From contig NW_026943822.1 of NCBI RefSeq assembly GCF_035594765.1, positions 17,693,769 through 17,757,768 on the forward strand: a stretch of 64,000 nucleotides of DNA, read 5' to 3'. The notes beneath the pieces were generated by a model that had not been told where the DNA came from, made no database searches, and was given only the letters and a program-made list of their open reading frames with translations. The position numbers and the translations under genes are program-made. Positions 1 through 13,342 of this stretch are shown piece after piece (the stretch's first letter is position 1; each line of letters opens with the position of its first letter). Source of the DNA: Anolis carolinensis (lineage: Eukaryota).

Positions 1-160
1 CAGATCCAGCTAGAAACAGTGGTATATTTGGCTCTCTGCATTTGCAAGTTAGATATGATTTAGATCTGATTTGGAAATGGAAATGTCCTCTCTAGGAATA
101 TCTAGGTCCTCTAGGATGATTCTGTGGCTGATTTCCATCATAGATTTGTGTGGAAGGACC

Positions 161-210
<50 letters not shown>

Positions 211-213
<3 letters not shown>

Positions 214-595
214 GAAAAGAAAAAGGTTTGGATCATTGATGTTGTCATCCCAGGTGACAGTCGCATTGACGAAAAACAACAAGAAAAACTCAGCCGCTAT
301 CAGGACCTCAAGATTGAACTTCAAAGACTCTGGCAGAAACCAGTACAGGTGGTCCCAGAGGTGACCGGCACATTGGGTGCCGTGCCAAAAGATCTCAGCC
401 GGCATTTGGAAACAATAGACATTGACAAAATTATGATCTGCCAGCTGCAAAAGGCCACCCTGCTGGGATCTGTGCACATCATCCGAAAATACATCACACA
501 GTCCTAGACACTCGGGAAATGTTCGACTTGTGATTTTGTGATATGAAATCCAGCATATCTATCTTGTTTGCTGTGTCATAATAAAATAATAATAA
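211..595 (+). mobile_element. 5'-truncated R4/Dong-type non-LTR retrotransposon (restriction-like endonuclease C-terminus)
   Basis: WIIDVVIPGD...EKLSRYQDLKIELQRLW; flanked by (TAA)n. Confidence 0.8.
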
Positions 596-1073
596 GTTTA
601 TTTATATCCCGCCTCCATCTGCCCCGAAGGGGACTCGGGGCGGCTTACAGCAAAATCAGATACAAAACAATGATAAAATAAAATAGGAAACATCAAAGAA
701 CAATAATAAAAACCAATAAAAATATATACACAGCAGCCAAAAAAACACACCGGAGTATTAAAACATCAAATTAAAAACAATGAGTAATTTTACAGTGTAG
801 ATGCGCCCTTAGTCCCCAGAAATAAAAAAATATTCATTGAGGGTGAAAGGTGCCAAGTGAAGGCAACGTCTCAATTCAGACACTTTTAAGCTTTCTCCAA
901 GAGCTTTGACTTCTTCCTTTTATTGGTAAGTCCTCCTCCTGCCTGTGATGCTTGTCTAAGCATCACAAGCAAGGAAGAGAACCTTCCAATAAAAGGCAAA
1001 AGTTGGTCCAGACACAGCTGCCTTTGAGTTTTCTATACCCTCTGATGACATTGATGTTGTTTGTATTTCCAAG

Positions 1074-2154
1074 GCCTTTGCGGACATGCTCAGGGCGAAC
1101 AAAACACTGAAGAGCCTCAATGTTGAGTCCAACTTCATCACCTCCGCAGGGATCCTGGCGCTGGTGGATGCGCTAAGAGAGAATGAAACCCTCACCGAGA
1201 TCAAAATTGATAACCAGGTAAGTTTAATTGCATAGTTAAGATTAACCACCTAAAGAGAGGTTGCCAAGTATTGATTAAAGACTAGTGTGGATGGAATGTG
1301 GTTTCATATTTGTCACTGCGATTAAGTTTCAAAGTTTGCTGTGTGGTCCAAGCTTCTTGGGAGAGTCACAAATCAAATCAAACTGTCATTCAATCCCAGC
1401 ACTAAGCTTTTTTGCTCCTATTAGCTTTAGGTAGGTTTATCCTACCTTCGTAAGGAATTAAGTACCTTAAAAGAAAATAACTTTCTTGGATTTTAAGTCC
1501 CGCATTGCCATGTTGTTTGGGGATTCTGGGAATCAATCAAAAAGCTGACTTTGCCAAATACAGTAGAATCTCACTTATCCAAGTTAAACGGGCCGGCAGA
1601 AGCTTGGATAAGCGAATATCTTGGATAATAAGGAGGGATTAAGGAGAAGCCTATTAAACATCAAATTAGGTTATGATTTTACAAATTAAGCACCAAAACA
1701 TCATGTTATACAACAAATTTGATAGAAAAAGCAGTTCAACATGCAGTAATGTTATGTTGTAATTAGTGTATTTACGAATTTAGCACCAAAATATCACGAT
1801 ATATTGAAAATATTGACTCCAAAAATGGCTTGGATAATCCAGAAGCTTGGATAAGTGAGGCTTGGATAAGTGAGACTCTACTGTAGTGCAAGTAATGGGA
1901 CAACCCAGCACCATCCAAGAGAGGTAAAGAAGACCTTAAGATCATGATGGGGGGTATCTAGATGCTGTTTTAATATCGTAATGTTAATGGCTTTAAATTG
2001 TATTTATATGTTGGTTGCTTCTATTGATTTTACGTTATGTTTTATTTTCTTTGTATAATGAGGCATTGAAATTTTGCCTAAATGTATGTTGTACGCCGCT
2101 CTGAGTCCCCTGCGGGGTGAGAAGAGCAGGACAGAAATGAAATTAATAATAACA

Positions 2155-2195
<41 letters not shown>

Positions 2196-2455
2196 TAACA
2201 AATACACCTAGTTTTCAAGGCCTTATCATGGATTCTCTCAGAATGTCTAATTAGTCTATTTTTCACTCCCTCTATTCTCAAGCCTAATCTGGCTTCTCAG
2301 GAAATACTAAATTGTATTTATATGTTGGTTGCTTCTATTGATTTTATGTTATGTTTTATTTGCTTTGTATAATGAGGCATTGAATTTTTGCCTAAATGTA
2401 TGTTATGCGCTGCTCTGAGTCCCCTGCGGGGTGAGAAGAGCAGGATAGAAATGAA

Positions 2456-2524
<69 letters not shown>

Positions 2525-5500
2525 TAACAAATACACCTAGTTCTCAAGGTCTTATCATGGATTCTCTCAGAATGTCTAATTAGTCTATTTTTCACTCCCT
2601 CTATTCTCAAGCCTAATCTGGCTTCTCGGGAAAACTTCCCCTCGGCCAAAGGCTGTTTCTCAAGAGAAATGGACCTTTCACTTCTTTCACTTTCCCCGGT
2701 TGCCTGAGAACAATCACAGGAATCCAAAACATCGACCACATCTGCCTGCAATCCTCTCCTAACACTGACAGACTCATCACTTTGAACCCCAACAAACCCC
2801 TCGTCAGAAATGTCAGAAAAATCTTCTGCCACTTGCCGAGCTACAACACTTTCTTTGAGCAACCCTTTCTAAAACACTAGTGTTGACTGACTTCTAACGT
2901 TTGCTGATCCTAACAGAGGCAGCAGCTGGGGACCCCGACGGAAGTGGAGATCGCAAAGATGCTTGAGGAAAACACCAAGATCCTTAAATTTGGGTATCAC
3001 TTCACGCAGCAGGGACCACGGACAAGAGCAGCCAATGCCATCACGAAAAATAACGATTTAGGTACGTAAGGCTTTCTCTTCTATAGAAGAGATATTATTA
3101 TACTAGGTCTGGTGAATGTTGCTTTGCATAAAGAGGCCTCTTATAATATTGAATCGGATGAGGGAAATCCTTCCAGTGTTGGGGGTCTTTAGACAAACGT
3201 TGGATGAGTGTCTGTCAGGAGTACAGTAGAGTCTCGCTTATCCAACATAAACGGGCCGGCAGAACGTTTGATAAGCGAATATGTTGGATAATAAGGAGAG
3301 ATTAAGGAAAAGCCTATTAAACATCAAATTAGGTTATGATTTTACAAATTAAGCACCAAAACATCATGTTATACAACAAATTTTACAGAAAAAGTAGTTC
3401 AATACACAGTAATGCTATGTAGTAATTATTGTATTTACGAATTTAGCTCCAAGATATCATGATACAGTAGAGTCTCATTTATCCAAGCCTCGCTTATCCA
3501 AACCTCTGGATTATCCAAGCCATTTTTGTAGTCAATGTTTTCAATATTTTGTGATATTTTGGTGCTAAATTTGTAAATACAGTAATTACAACATAACATT
3601 ACTGTGTATTGAACTACTTTTTCTGTCAAATTTGTTGTATAACATGGTGTTTTGGTGCTTAGCTTGTAAATCATAACCTGATTTGATGTTTAATAGGCTT
3701 TTCCTTAATCCCTCCTTATTATCCAAGATATTTAATCATCTATCCTGTTTTTATTACGGTCTTACCATTTATGTGTTTTAAATGAAATTTTTATCCTATA
3801 TTGTTGTTTACACTGATATATTGTATTACTGTTTTATCTTTTTATATTGTGATTGTGTTGTTTTTGCTTATATTTTGTTCTTATGTTGTTTGGGCCACTG
3901 CCCCATGTAAGCCGCCCCGAGTCCCCTCGGGGAGATGGTGGCGGGATATAAATAAAGTTTTATTATTATTTTATTATTATTATTCGCTCATCCAAGCTTC
4001 TGCCGGCCCATTTAGCTTGGATAAGTCAGACTCTACTGTATATTGAAAACATTGACTACAAAAATGCGTTGGATAATCCAGAACGTTGGATAAGCGAGTG
4101 TTGGATAAGTGAGACTCTGCTGTACTTCAGTTGTGTATTCCCACATGGAGAGAAGTGGGACTAGATGGCATTTTTAGCCCTGCTATGTCAAAAGCAATCT
4201 GGTTTCCAACCATGGCCACACTAGAATAAATCCTAGGGTTTGTAATTTGGTGTAGCATTAACGCTCCCGGGCTGAGAAATCTATACTTTCTCTCCACTGC
4301 AAATCCCAGGATTCTAGGACAGATCCATATCAGTTAAATTAGGATTCTGTAGTGAACTGATTCTTAGTTTCCTTATTTATCAAAAGGTCTCTTTGTTCAT
4401 TTAACAGCTCTGCCCCATTGCTCACACATTCCTCCTTTCATATTCCATAGTTGGGAGATCTTCCTTTTACTTGCTATTGACATCTTGCTTTTTTCTTGCT
4501 TTCCTAGTCTGGAGCATAGCATTTCTGCAAATCCTGCCTTTCCATCTCTTCAGCCCTGAAACTTCTGACGCGGGTTATTGCAAATGCCTGTTTGGGTTCT
4601 GAGCACTGCAAGAGAAACTGCTTGTTAAACTCTCACAGGTCATATATCTCTGTCTGTGTCACCCAGCAGAGCTGTCTACTCCCTGCTTATATCACACTCT
4701 TTTGCACGTCTGTTTTGTTTGGGCCGGCTTTCCTTTCAAACTGCATGATTACCTGGACATCACTAACCATTCAGAGATAAAACATGAAATCAGTTTAACA
4801 GTCAAAAGCTTTCATGGCTGGAAACACTAGGTTGCTGTGAGTTTTCCGGGCTGTATAGCCATGTTCCAGAAGCATTCTCTCCTGATGTTTCGCCCACATC
4901 TATGGCAGGCATTCTCAAAGGTTGTGAGACCTGTTGGAAACTAGTCAAGTTGGGTTTATATATCTGTGGAATAATGTCCAGGGTGGGAGAAATAATTCTT
5001 GTCTGTTGGAGGCAAGTGTGAATGTTGCAATTAATCACCTTGATTAGCATTGAATAAACTCACAGATTTAACGCCTGGCTGTTTCCTACCTGGGGGAATC
5101 CTTTGTTGGGAGGTGTTAACTGGCTCTGATTGTTTCTTGTCTTGAATTCCCCTGTCTTCTGAGTGTTGCTCTTTATTTACAATCCTGATTTTAGAGTTTT
5201 TAAATACAGTAGAGTCTCATTTATCCAAGCTAAACGGGCCGACAGAAGCTTGGATAAGCGAATATCTTGGATAATAAGGAGGGATTAAGGAAAAGCCTAT
5301 TAAACATCAAATTAGGTTATGATTTTACAAATTAAGCACCAACATCATGTTATATAACAAATTTGACAGAAAAAGTAGTTCAACACGCAGTAATGTTATG
5401 TTGTAATTATTGTATTTACAAATTTAGCACCCTAATATCACGATATATTGAAAACATTGACTACAAAAATGGGTTGGATTATCCACAGGCTTGGATAAGC

Positions 5501-6810
5501 AAGGCTTGGATAAGTGAGATTCTACTGTACTGGTAACCTATTCAATGCAAATCAAGGTGGCCAATTGCAACATTCACATTTGCCTCAGGCAGACAAGAGT
5601 TCTTTCTCCCACCCTGGACATTATTCCACAGATACGGAAACCCCACTTGCCTAGTTTCCAACACCTCACAGCCTCTTGAGGATGCATGCCATAGATGTGG
5701 GTGAAACGTCAGGAGAAAATGCTTCTGGACAATGGCCAGACAGCACAGAAAACTCACAACAACCCAGTGATTCCGGCCATGAAAGCCTTTGACAACACAA
5801 ACTCACAGCAACCTTGCAACTCCCATATTTTCATAGCATTGAGCCATGGCAGTTAAAGCGATATAAAACTGGATTAACTGCACAGTGTAGAAGCGCCTTT
5901 GACAACGCAACGGTGTAACTCTTTATCATGAATGTCACATGGTCATGACTCAGGTTTTCAGCATGTCCCTTAGGCAATACCCACTTAATCATTCTGCAAG
6001 TGTGTGACCACATGTCCATTAGAACTGTATTTTACCCTGTTTCCCCTAAAATAAGACATCCCCAGAAAATAAGACCTAGTAGAGGTTTTGCTGAATTGCT
6101 AAATATAAGGCCTCCCCTGAAAGTAAGACCTAGCAACGTTATTGTTTGGAAGCATGCCCGCCGAACACAACACCAGAGCATGCAGGATCAGTAAATTTGC
6201 GTACCATAAAGTGTTGTACATGGAATTATTGGTAGTAACAATAAATTCTTGATAGGATTCAGTTTGTCTGGTTATGCTGGTTTATGATGACAACTACTGT
6301 ACAGTATATAATAAATGTTCATTTTTTTGTTCAACAATAAATATGAATTCTTCTTCATGGAAAAATAAGACATCCCCTGAAAATAAGACCTAGAGCATCT
6401 TTGGGAGCAAAAATTAATATAAGACACTGTCTTATTTTCGGGGAAACACAGTACACAATAGGATTGCTGCCAGTGCATTCCTATCTAACAACACATTCTT
6501 TATCAAACAATTTAATGGATGCAACTGGTCTTTCTCAGCCTGACTTACTCCAAAGGGCTGTGAGGAGAGAGAACCATCTTGAACTCTCTGGAAGAGAAAA
6601 GAGAGTTCAATTCAACACATTTAGAAATAACCCTGTGACAATGGTTAGTTGTGACTGCAACCCTTGCTGCAATTATTCCTTCTCGCTTTTGAGTGTTAGC
6701 AGACATCCTTCTCAGAATCAAATTAAACAGTAAAACTAACTAGTATTTTCTGTTGTTTTCCCCATTCCGGCGCAGTTCGCAAGAGGAGAGTGGAAGGAGA
6801 CCATCCGTAA
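1074..6810 (+). CDS. TMOD3: Tropomodulin-3, last three coding exons (1074-1217, 2917-3061, 6776-6810); 5' part lies outside the window
   Basis: GT-AG exons splice in frame to [107 protein letters not shown]. This is the tropomodulin LRR C-terminus; the ending matches TMOD3 ([11 protein letters not shown]). Candidate AATAAA signals at 9776 and 9874. Confidence 0.93.
1561..1883. mobile_element. About 320-bp Tc1/mariner (pogo/Tigger-like) MITE, representative of 15 or more copies
   Basis: TIRs CAGTAGAGTCTCACTTATCCAA with TA flanks. Other copies start near 3224, 3465, 5207, 19933, 22762, 23557, 26097, 29827, 32634, 33592, 36217, 41213, 41924, 47627, 54200 and 61356. Confidence 0.85.
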
Positions 6811-8141
6811 ATCAAATGTGCGAGACGCGGAGGACGCGGAGCTCCCCGCCCACATCTGCTTGGCTTGGGCTTCCACAACCCCGAGATTTCTTCTTACCTG
6901 GGTAGAAGGGAAAAGACTGGAATTGCCATTCCTCTTTGTTTGTTTGCTCCTTTTGTGTCTTTGGGACTTGTATGTGGTAAAATTATATTGTTATACGTGA
7001 TATCCAACGCCTGAATATTTTATGACCCCATCTTAACCAAGATAGCTTCTCGAAAAACCCATTTTCTTTCCACACTTGGGGGAGATGCCTTCCAGAATGA
7101 TAAGCACCAATGCTAAAATCTGTGTTACGAGCAATGGGTTTTGGAAATATTTTTGACGTCTTACTTCATCTGCCCTGTTTATATACAGTGATGCGGCTGA
7201 TACTAGACAGCAGATACTTCCATCATTCCTTAAATACTCAGTGTTTTCTCCGTACGGAAATTACGCTTGACGTTTCTTATTTGTGTTTGTATATAAGAGA
7301 AGAGGATTCCACTTCACGGGACTGCTTTTGCTCGCTTTTTGCCTTCTTGGGGATAAGCTACGTTGACTAAAAAGGAGATGGGTTGCTTAAGCCTTTGCAA
7401 GGAAGGGCTTGAGTTTTATTATATTTCCCCTGTTAGTTTGCAGAAAATCACATTTCAGGTTTTTTGCTTCTTTGTGTCTGAACTGGATGTATTTATAGAC
7501 CTCTCTTTTTCGGTGTCCTTGGTCTTGTGTTGGCCTATGTTGCCTTAGTATTTAAAGTTGGAGGGAAAATGCTATAATATCTATGGCATTCCTCTTCCAT
7601 TCCACTGATCAGATAACAACTCAAAACTACCTTAAAACAAAACGAATAAGACTGTTGTCCTTTGATTGGGTACTTGATGTGTTGCAAGTTGCGTCGAAAC
7701 CATATCGTTGGAAAAATCGTTCTGTTGGACAACGGCTCACAGCATCCCCTAGATAAGCAGATTCCGGGAATTGTAGTCCAAGCAGTGCCTTTGTCCTGCT
7801 CTGGATGGGCAGGAATGTCTTGTGGGCAACGCCGGTGCTAAAACTAACTCAAACCAAAGCATGAGAGATGCTTGAACTGTGTTACACCGTCGGAAACCAA
7901 GCATGGGGGAATCCGTGTATCCATCGCAGTGGTTGCAGCATGATCTTTCCTATTTAGTGCAGCTTGGGTGGCAACTTCGGGATCCAAGGATGTTAGTTCT
8001 GTATGTGTATCCTTCGGAGAATAATATTATAATTTCTTAAATGCCTAACGTAATCTAAAAGTTACCAGAAGAGATGAAAACACAAGCAATTAGTAGATGT
8101 TATTTGAAGTAGAAGGGATATTTGTCAAGTCAACCCATTCT

Positions 8142-8360
8142 GTTGTCGAAGGCTTTCATGGCTGGGATCACAGGGTTGTTGTATGTCTTTCAGGCTGTGT
8201 GGCCATGTTCCAGAAGTATTCTCTCCTGACGTTTTGCCCACATCTATGGCAGGCATACCTCACAACCTCTGAGGATGCCTGCCATAGATGTGGGCGAAAC
8301 GTCAGGAGAGAATACTTCTGGAACATGGCCACACAGCCCGAAAGACATACAACAACCCTC
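8142..8360. mobile_element. Penelope-like element termini in inverted arrangement, carrying a minimal hammerhead motif
   Basis: ctgagga-tgcctgccatagatgtgggc-gaaac-gtc at 8269-8303. Related copies at 4800-5205, 5540-5800, 12047-12366, 22595-22760, 36790-37005, 55456-55825 and 62198-62630. Confidence 0.72.
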
Positions 8361-9965
8361 AGCCCATTCTGTTGGTGTTCTACTTCCCAGTATGAAAAGT
8401 TTCAGTTGAGTATTAAAGCAGAGTGGGAATTGTGCAGCCTTCCAGATGCTATGTGCGGCAAATCCCAGCCGCTCTATAAACAGTATAGCAAATGTTGAAA
8501 AATACTGGGAATTGCAATCCAACAACTTCTAAATGCTCATCACTAGGAGCAAGTTCTGCGGACATTCCAGAAAGAAAACGAATGGCAAAATATTGAATTG
8601 CATAATTAAAATATTAATATTGAATTGCATAATTAAAATATTGATATTGAATTACATGATTAAAATATTTTTCCAGTAAGAAGAGCAAGGGGCAACAAAA
8701 ATGAATTGGTGGGTTTGACCACACTGTCTTAGGAGAAGCAGGCCTAACAGCTCGGATTAGCCAACAAGGGGTTATGGGCCCAGCGTGCTTCCACTGCACA
8801 ACTCTGCTATATTTCTGATGGAATGACTCCAACTGAGGGCCCATAACCCTTTGTTGGGGAATCCAAGTTTTTAGGCTTAAGATAACCCTCAGTTGGGTGA
8901 TTCCATCGTAAATATAGCTGAGTTGTGCAGTGGCACATTTTTGTTGGCCCTTGCTCTTCTTACTGGAAAAATATGTCCTCCATAACACAACAAACTATTT
9001 AATAGCATCTATAGCCAGGGCTCCTTCTGGATTGGTCACTAGCATCCTAAAGTTACCAACTATGTCTTAGGAGAAGCAGGCATCCGTCATCCCCGTTTGG
9101 TCCATAACAAAGCAAACTGAAGCAAAATTTCACCATGGAAGAATTCTGCAAAATGTTGTTTTGTGCTTTCAAGTCATTTCTGACTTATAGTGACATATCA
9201 GACGGGTTTCTCGGCACAGTTGGTTCAGAAGAGCCTTGATGTTGTCTGCGGCCGAGAGAGTGTGATTTGCCAAGGTTACTCAGTGGGTTTCATGTCCGAA
9301 CGGGGATTTGAACACAACTCTTATACTCCAACCACTACACCTCAATATTTCCCTCTTCGGAATGGGCGACAAGGATGCCCAAACAATTGCACGTTCTGTT
9401 CATGCACATTATTATTATTTCACTTTTCCGTTGGGAGTGAAAGCTTTAAAGTCAGGACGTTATTTTCTCTCTTTGAGGCTTGCATTTAAGGCACATAAAC
9501 ATAACCCTACCTATTTGTTGATTCAGTTTCCCAAGAGGCGAACTTCTGTCCATTTTCGCGGACAAACGGTGGCTCTTCGTTGGAGAAGGGAATTTGCTTC
9601 TTTAGAACAAACCTCCTATTTTTGTTGATTGTCTTTAGCTTCCGATGTTAAGACCCCCCAATAGAATGATTCCACATTATATTATGAAATAATGTGCTTA
9701 CTATTAATACTGTTTACAAATGTTTATCTTCTCTTACGATTTTTGATACAAATAACGCTGTTCGTAAGCTGCAAAAATAAAGCTGTGGTCCGATCTGGTT
9801 GGCATTTCCGTCAAAGAGGCGGGGATGGACGTTTTTGCAGTAAGTTGTCAGCTCTGTATGCTGCCATTATTGTAATAAAAGTATCCAAATGGTATTTTTA
9901 TTTCTGATGTATTATTATTCCCATACCATTATTTTACATCAATGAGTTGGTCATTTGACGCAATT

Positions 9966-11555
9966 CAGAAAGGATTAGCTACTAACCTATAGGGATGTAT
10001 ATATGCAGTCCTCAGATACAACCACAAGAGGGCAGCATATAAAGTATTAGCTAATAGCCCATAGGGATGTTTACATGCAGCACTCGGATACAACCACAAG
10101 AGGGCAGTATATAGATAGAAAGGATTAGCTAATAGCCTATAGGGATGTATATATGCAGCACTCAGATACAACCACAAGAGGGTAGTATATAGATAGAAAG
10201 GATTAGCTAATAGCCTATAGGGCTGTATATATGCAGCACTCAGATACAACCACAAGAGGGCAGTATATAGATAGAAAGGATTAGCTAATAGCCTATAGGG
10301 ATGTATATATGCAGCACTCAGATACAACCACAAGAGGGCAGTATAAAGATAGAAAGGATTAGCTAATAGCCTATAGGGATGTATATATGCAGCACTCAGA
10401 TACAACCACAAGAGGGCAGTACATAGATAGAAAGTATTAGCTAATAGCCTATAGGGCTGTATATATGCAGCACTCAGATACAACCACAAGAGGGCAGTAT
10501 ATAAATAGAAAGTATCAGCTAATAGCCTATAGGGCCGTATATATGCAGCACTCAGATACAACCACAAGAGGGCAGTATATAAATAGAAAGTATTAGCTAA
10601 TAGCCTATAGGGCTGTATATATGCAGCACTCAGATACAACCACAAGAGGGCAGTATATAAATAGAAAGTATTAGCTAATAGCCTATAGGGATGTATATAT
10701 GCAGCACTCAGATACAACCACAAGAGGGCAGTATATAAATAGAAAGTATCAGCTAATAGCCTATAGGGCCGTATATATGCAGCACTCAGATACAACCACA
10801 AGAGGGCAGTATATAAATAGAAAGTATTAGCTAATAGCCTATAGGGCTGTATATATGCAGCACTCAGATACAACCACAAGAGGGCAGTATATAAATAGAA
10901 AGTATTAGCTAATAGCCTATAGGGATGTATATATGCAGCACTCGGATACAACCACAAAAGGGTAGTATATAGATAGAAAGAATTAGCTACTAGCCTATAG
11001 GGAAGTATTTATGCAACACTCAGATACAACCACAAGAGGGCAGCATATAAAGTATTAGCTAATAGCCTATAGGGATGTCTATATAGAGCACTCAGATACA
11101 ACCACAAGAGGGCAGTATATAGATAGAAAGAATTAGCTAATGGCCTATGTGTATGTGCAGCACTCGGATACAACCGCAAGAGGGCAGTATATGAACACAG
11201 CATTAGCTAATAGCCTATAGGGAAGTATATATGCAGCACTCGGATACAACCACAAGAGGGTAGTATATAGATAGAAAGGATTAGCTAATAGTCTATAGGG
11301 AAGTATATATGCAGCACTCGGATACAACCACAGGAGGGCAGTATATAGAGAAAGAATTAGCTAATAGCCTATGGGGATGTATATATGCAGCACTTGGATA
11401 CAACCACAAGAGGGCAGTATATACATAGAAAGGATTAGCTAATAGCCTATGGGGATGTGTATGTGAAGCACTCAGATACAACCACAAGAGGGCAGTATAT
11501 AGATAACAAGAATTAGCTGCTGGAGTATATGGATGTATATATGCAGTGCTCAGTG
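9966..11555. repeat. Minisatellite, 78-bp unit, about 20 copies
   Basis: Unit gatacaaccacaagagggcagtatatagatagaaaggattagctaatagcctatagggatgtatatatgcagcactca. Confidence 0.95.
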
Positions 11556-12506
11556 TAGATGCAGTTTCCTATTTCTATGGTACCATCATGGCAAGCGTAG
11601 TATTTCTTCTGGTCTTCCATCTGACTGATTCAATTTAAATGAGTAAATCATTTAAATACAAGTGCACTGTTCAGGCTCCACTATGCCAAAAATGGCAGAT
11701 TCTGGTGGTGATGTTTTCGTGAGGTTTCTCCCTGCTTCTGTATGCGACCTGTCAAGAACACCTGTGTCCCAGATGCTGCCTAAACCAAGAGCGGCTTCCT
11801 CTGTTTAGAGCAGGATTCTGTCTTGAGCATTTGTGGAAGAAGAAGGCATTTAATGCTGTACCTTAGGAAAAGGCATTTGCAATCTGTCTTTCAGAATCTT
11901 TACTGTGCCATAGGATCTCCTATGAAATGCCCTTCATTACATCCTTTTAAAAAAACTACTGAAGAAGACCAAAAAGAGTGAAAATATTCCGAAAAACTCG
12001 ACCAAGAAGCCCCTGAGACGCAAGTTGCAGGTAACTTTGTTTTTGTGTTGTCGAAGTCTTTCAATGGCCGGAATCACTGGTTTGCTGTGAGTTTTCCGGG
12101 CTGTATGGCCATGTTCCAGAAGCATTGTCTTCTGACGTTTCACCCACATCTACGGCAGGCATCCCCAGAGGTTGTGAAGTCTGTTGGAAACTGGGCAAGT
12201 GGGGTTTATATATCTGTGTAATGTTCAGGGTGGGAGAAAGAACTCTTGTCTGTTGGAGGCAGGTGTGAACATTGCCATTGGTCACCTTGATTAGCATTGA
12301 ATAGCCTTGCAGCTTCAAAGCTTGGCTGCTTCCTACCTGGGGGAATCCTTTATTGGGAGGTGTTAGAAGGGGAGCACAGGGGTGAATGTCAATAAAAGAG
12401 GAGGAAATGTATAGAATATGTTTATATAACTTAACTTTTTCTCAAATAATAAAATAAAAAAGTCCAAAACACCTGGAGGACCGAAGTTTACCCAAGCCTG
12501 GTATAT

Positions 12507-12947
12507 CTATATATATAAAAGAGTGATGGCATCAGGGCAGAGGACAAAACAACAAAACTACAGGGCCCCCAACCTTGAAATTTGACAACACAACCCATCA
12601 TCCACGCCTCTAGGTTGATACAACAAAAAGAAAAGAAAAATAAAGTCCTAATTAGAGAGAGAGGAATAATTGCTTTTTTCCAATTGCTGCCAGTTAGAAG
12701 GCTAAGCTCCTCCAACTTGGTCTCCTAGCAACCCAAAAAAAAACCACTAAAAAATTAATACAATAAAATACTATAATAACAGAAAATAACTAAAAATAAT
12801 ACAAGAAAATAATAAAATAATAAATAAAAATATAACTTACAATAAAATTAATTAAAAATGCAAATAACGTCAAATAAAAATTACACAACAATTTTTAACC
12901 AATACCACCACCACTTTGCCACAGCAACGCGTGGCCGGGCACAGCTA
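12507..12947 (+). mobile_element. Non-autonomous Helitron-like element
   Basis: 5' TC(tatatat), 3' hairpin plus CTAG. A related copy lies at 26248-26786 (minus); a second family at 16407-16920 (minus). Confidence 0.65.
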
Positions 12948-13342
12948 GTATGCATATAAAAGAGAGTAGCAAAAAATAGATGGAAGTTGTCATCTGTTTC
13001 ATTTGAAGTTTACTATAGCAGATGTCAACAAAGTGAGAACAGTACAGAGGGAAAATAACTACGAGATGAGAAAGTGAAGCCTTAAAAAAAACAAACCAAA
13101 ATATAGATTTCTCCAGGTTTATATGATACAGTTTTTCCTAACAATCATAATGCAAAGCAGAAGAAAGTTACGAAAGAACAAAAAAAGAACCAAACTAGTT
13201 GAGCTCAAATGGTCAACCCTACTGTCCACATCATAATAAGAGAATAAACTCATAATCTGAGCCACAAATGCAGAGTTGGACGGCAAAAGTGCAATTTCTC
13301 CCGACACTAAAAAAAATCACCGGTTTCTGACTTTGTAGCATC

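Noticed and set aside
1995-2633. Local tandem duplication of about 310 bp (similar case at 55456-55910)
   Set aside because: Duplicated repeat tails or TSD-like copies in non-coding DNA; no sign of function.
9965-10957. 330-aa repetitive ORF; array superficially like a CRISPR
   Set aside because: It is the translation of a 78-bp (26-codon) tandem unit. There are no unique spacers and the context is eukaryotic.
11895-12030. Possible upstream NOX5 exon ending CAG/gtaact
   Set aside because: The frame compatible with the 13339 acceptor contains a stop. It may be a 5' UTR exon but cannot be supported from sequence alone.
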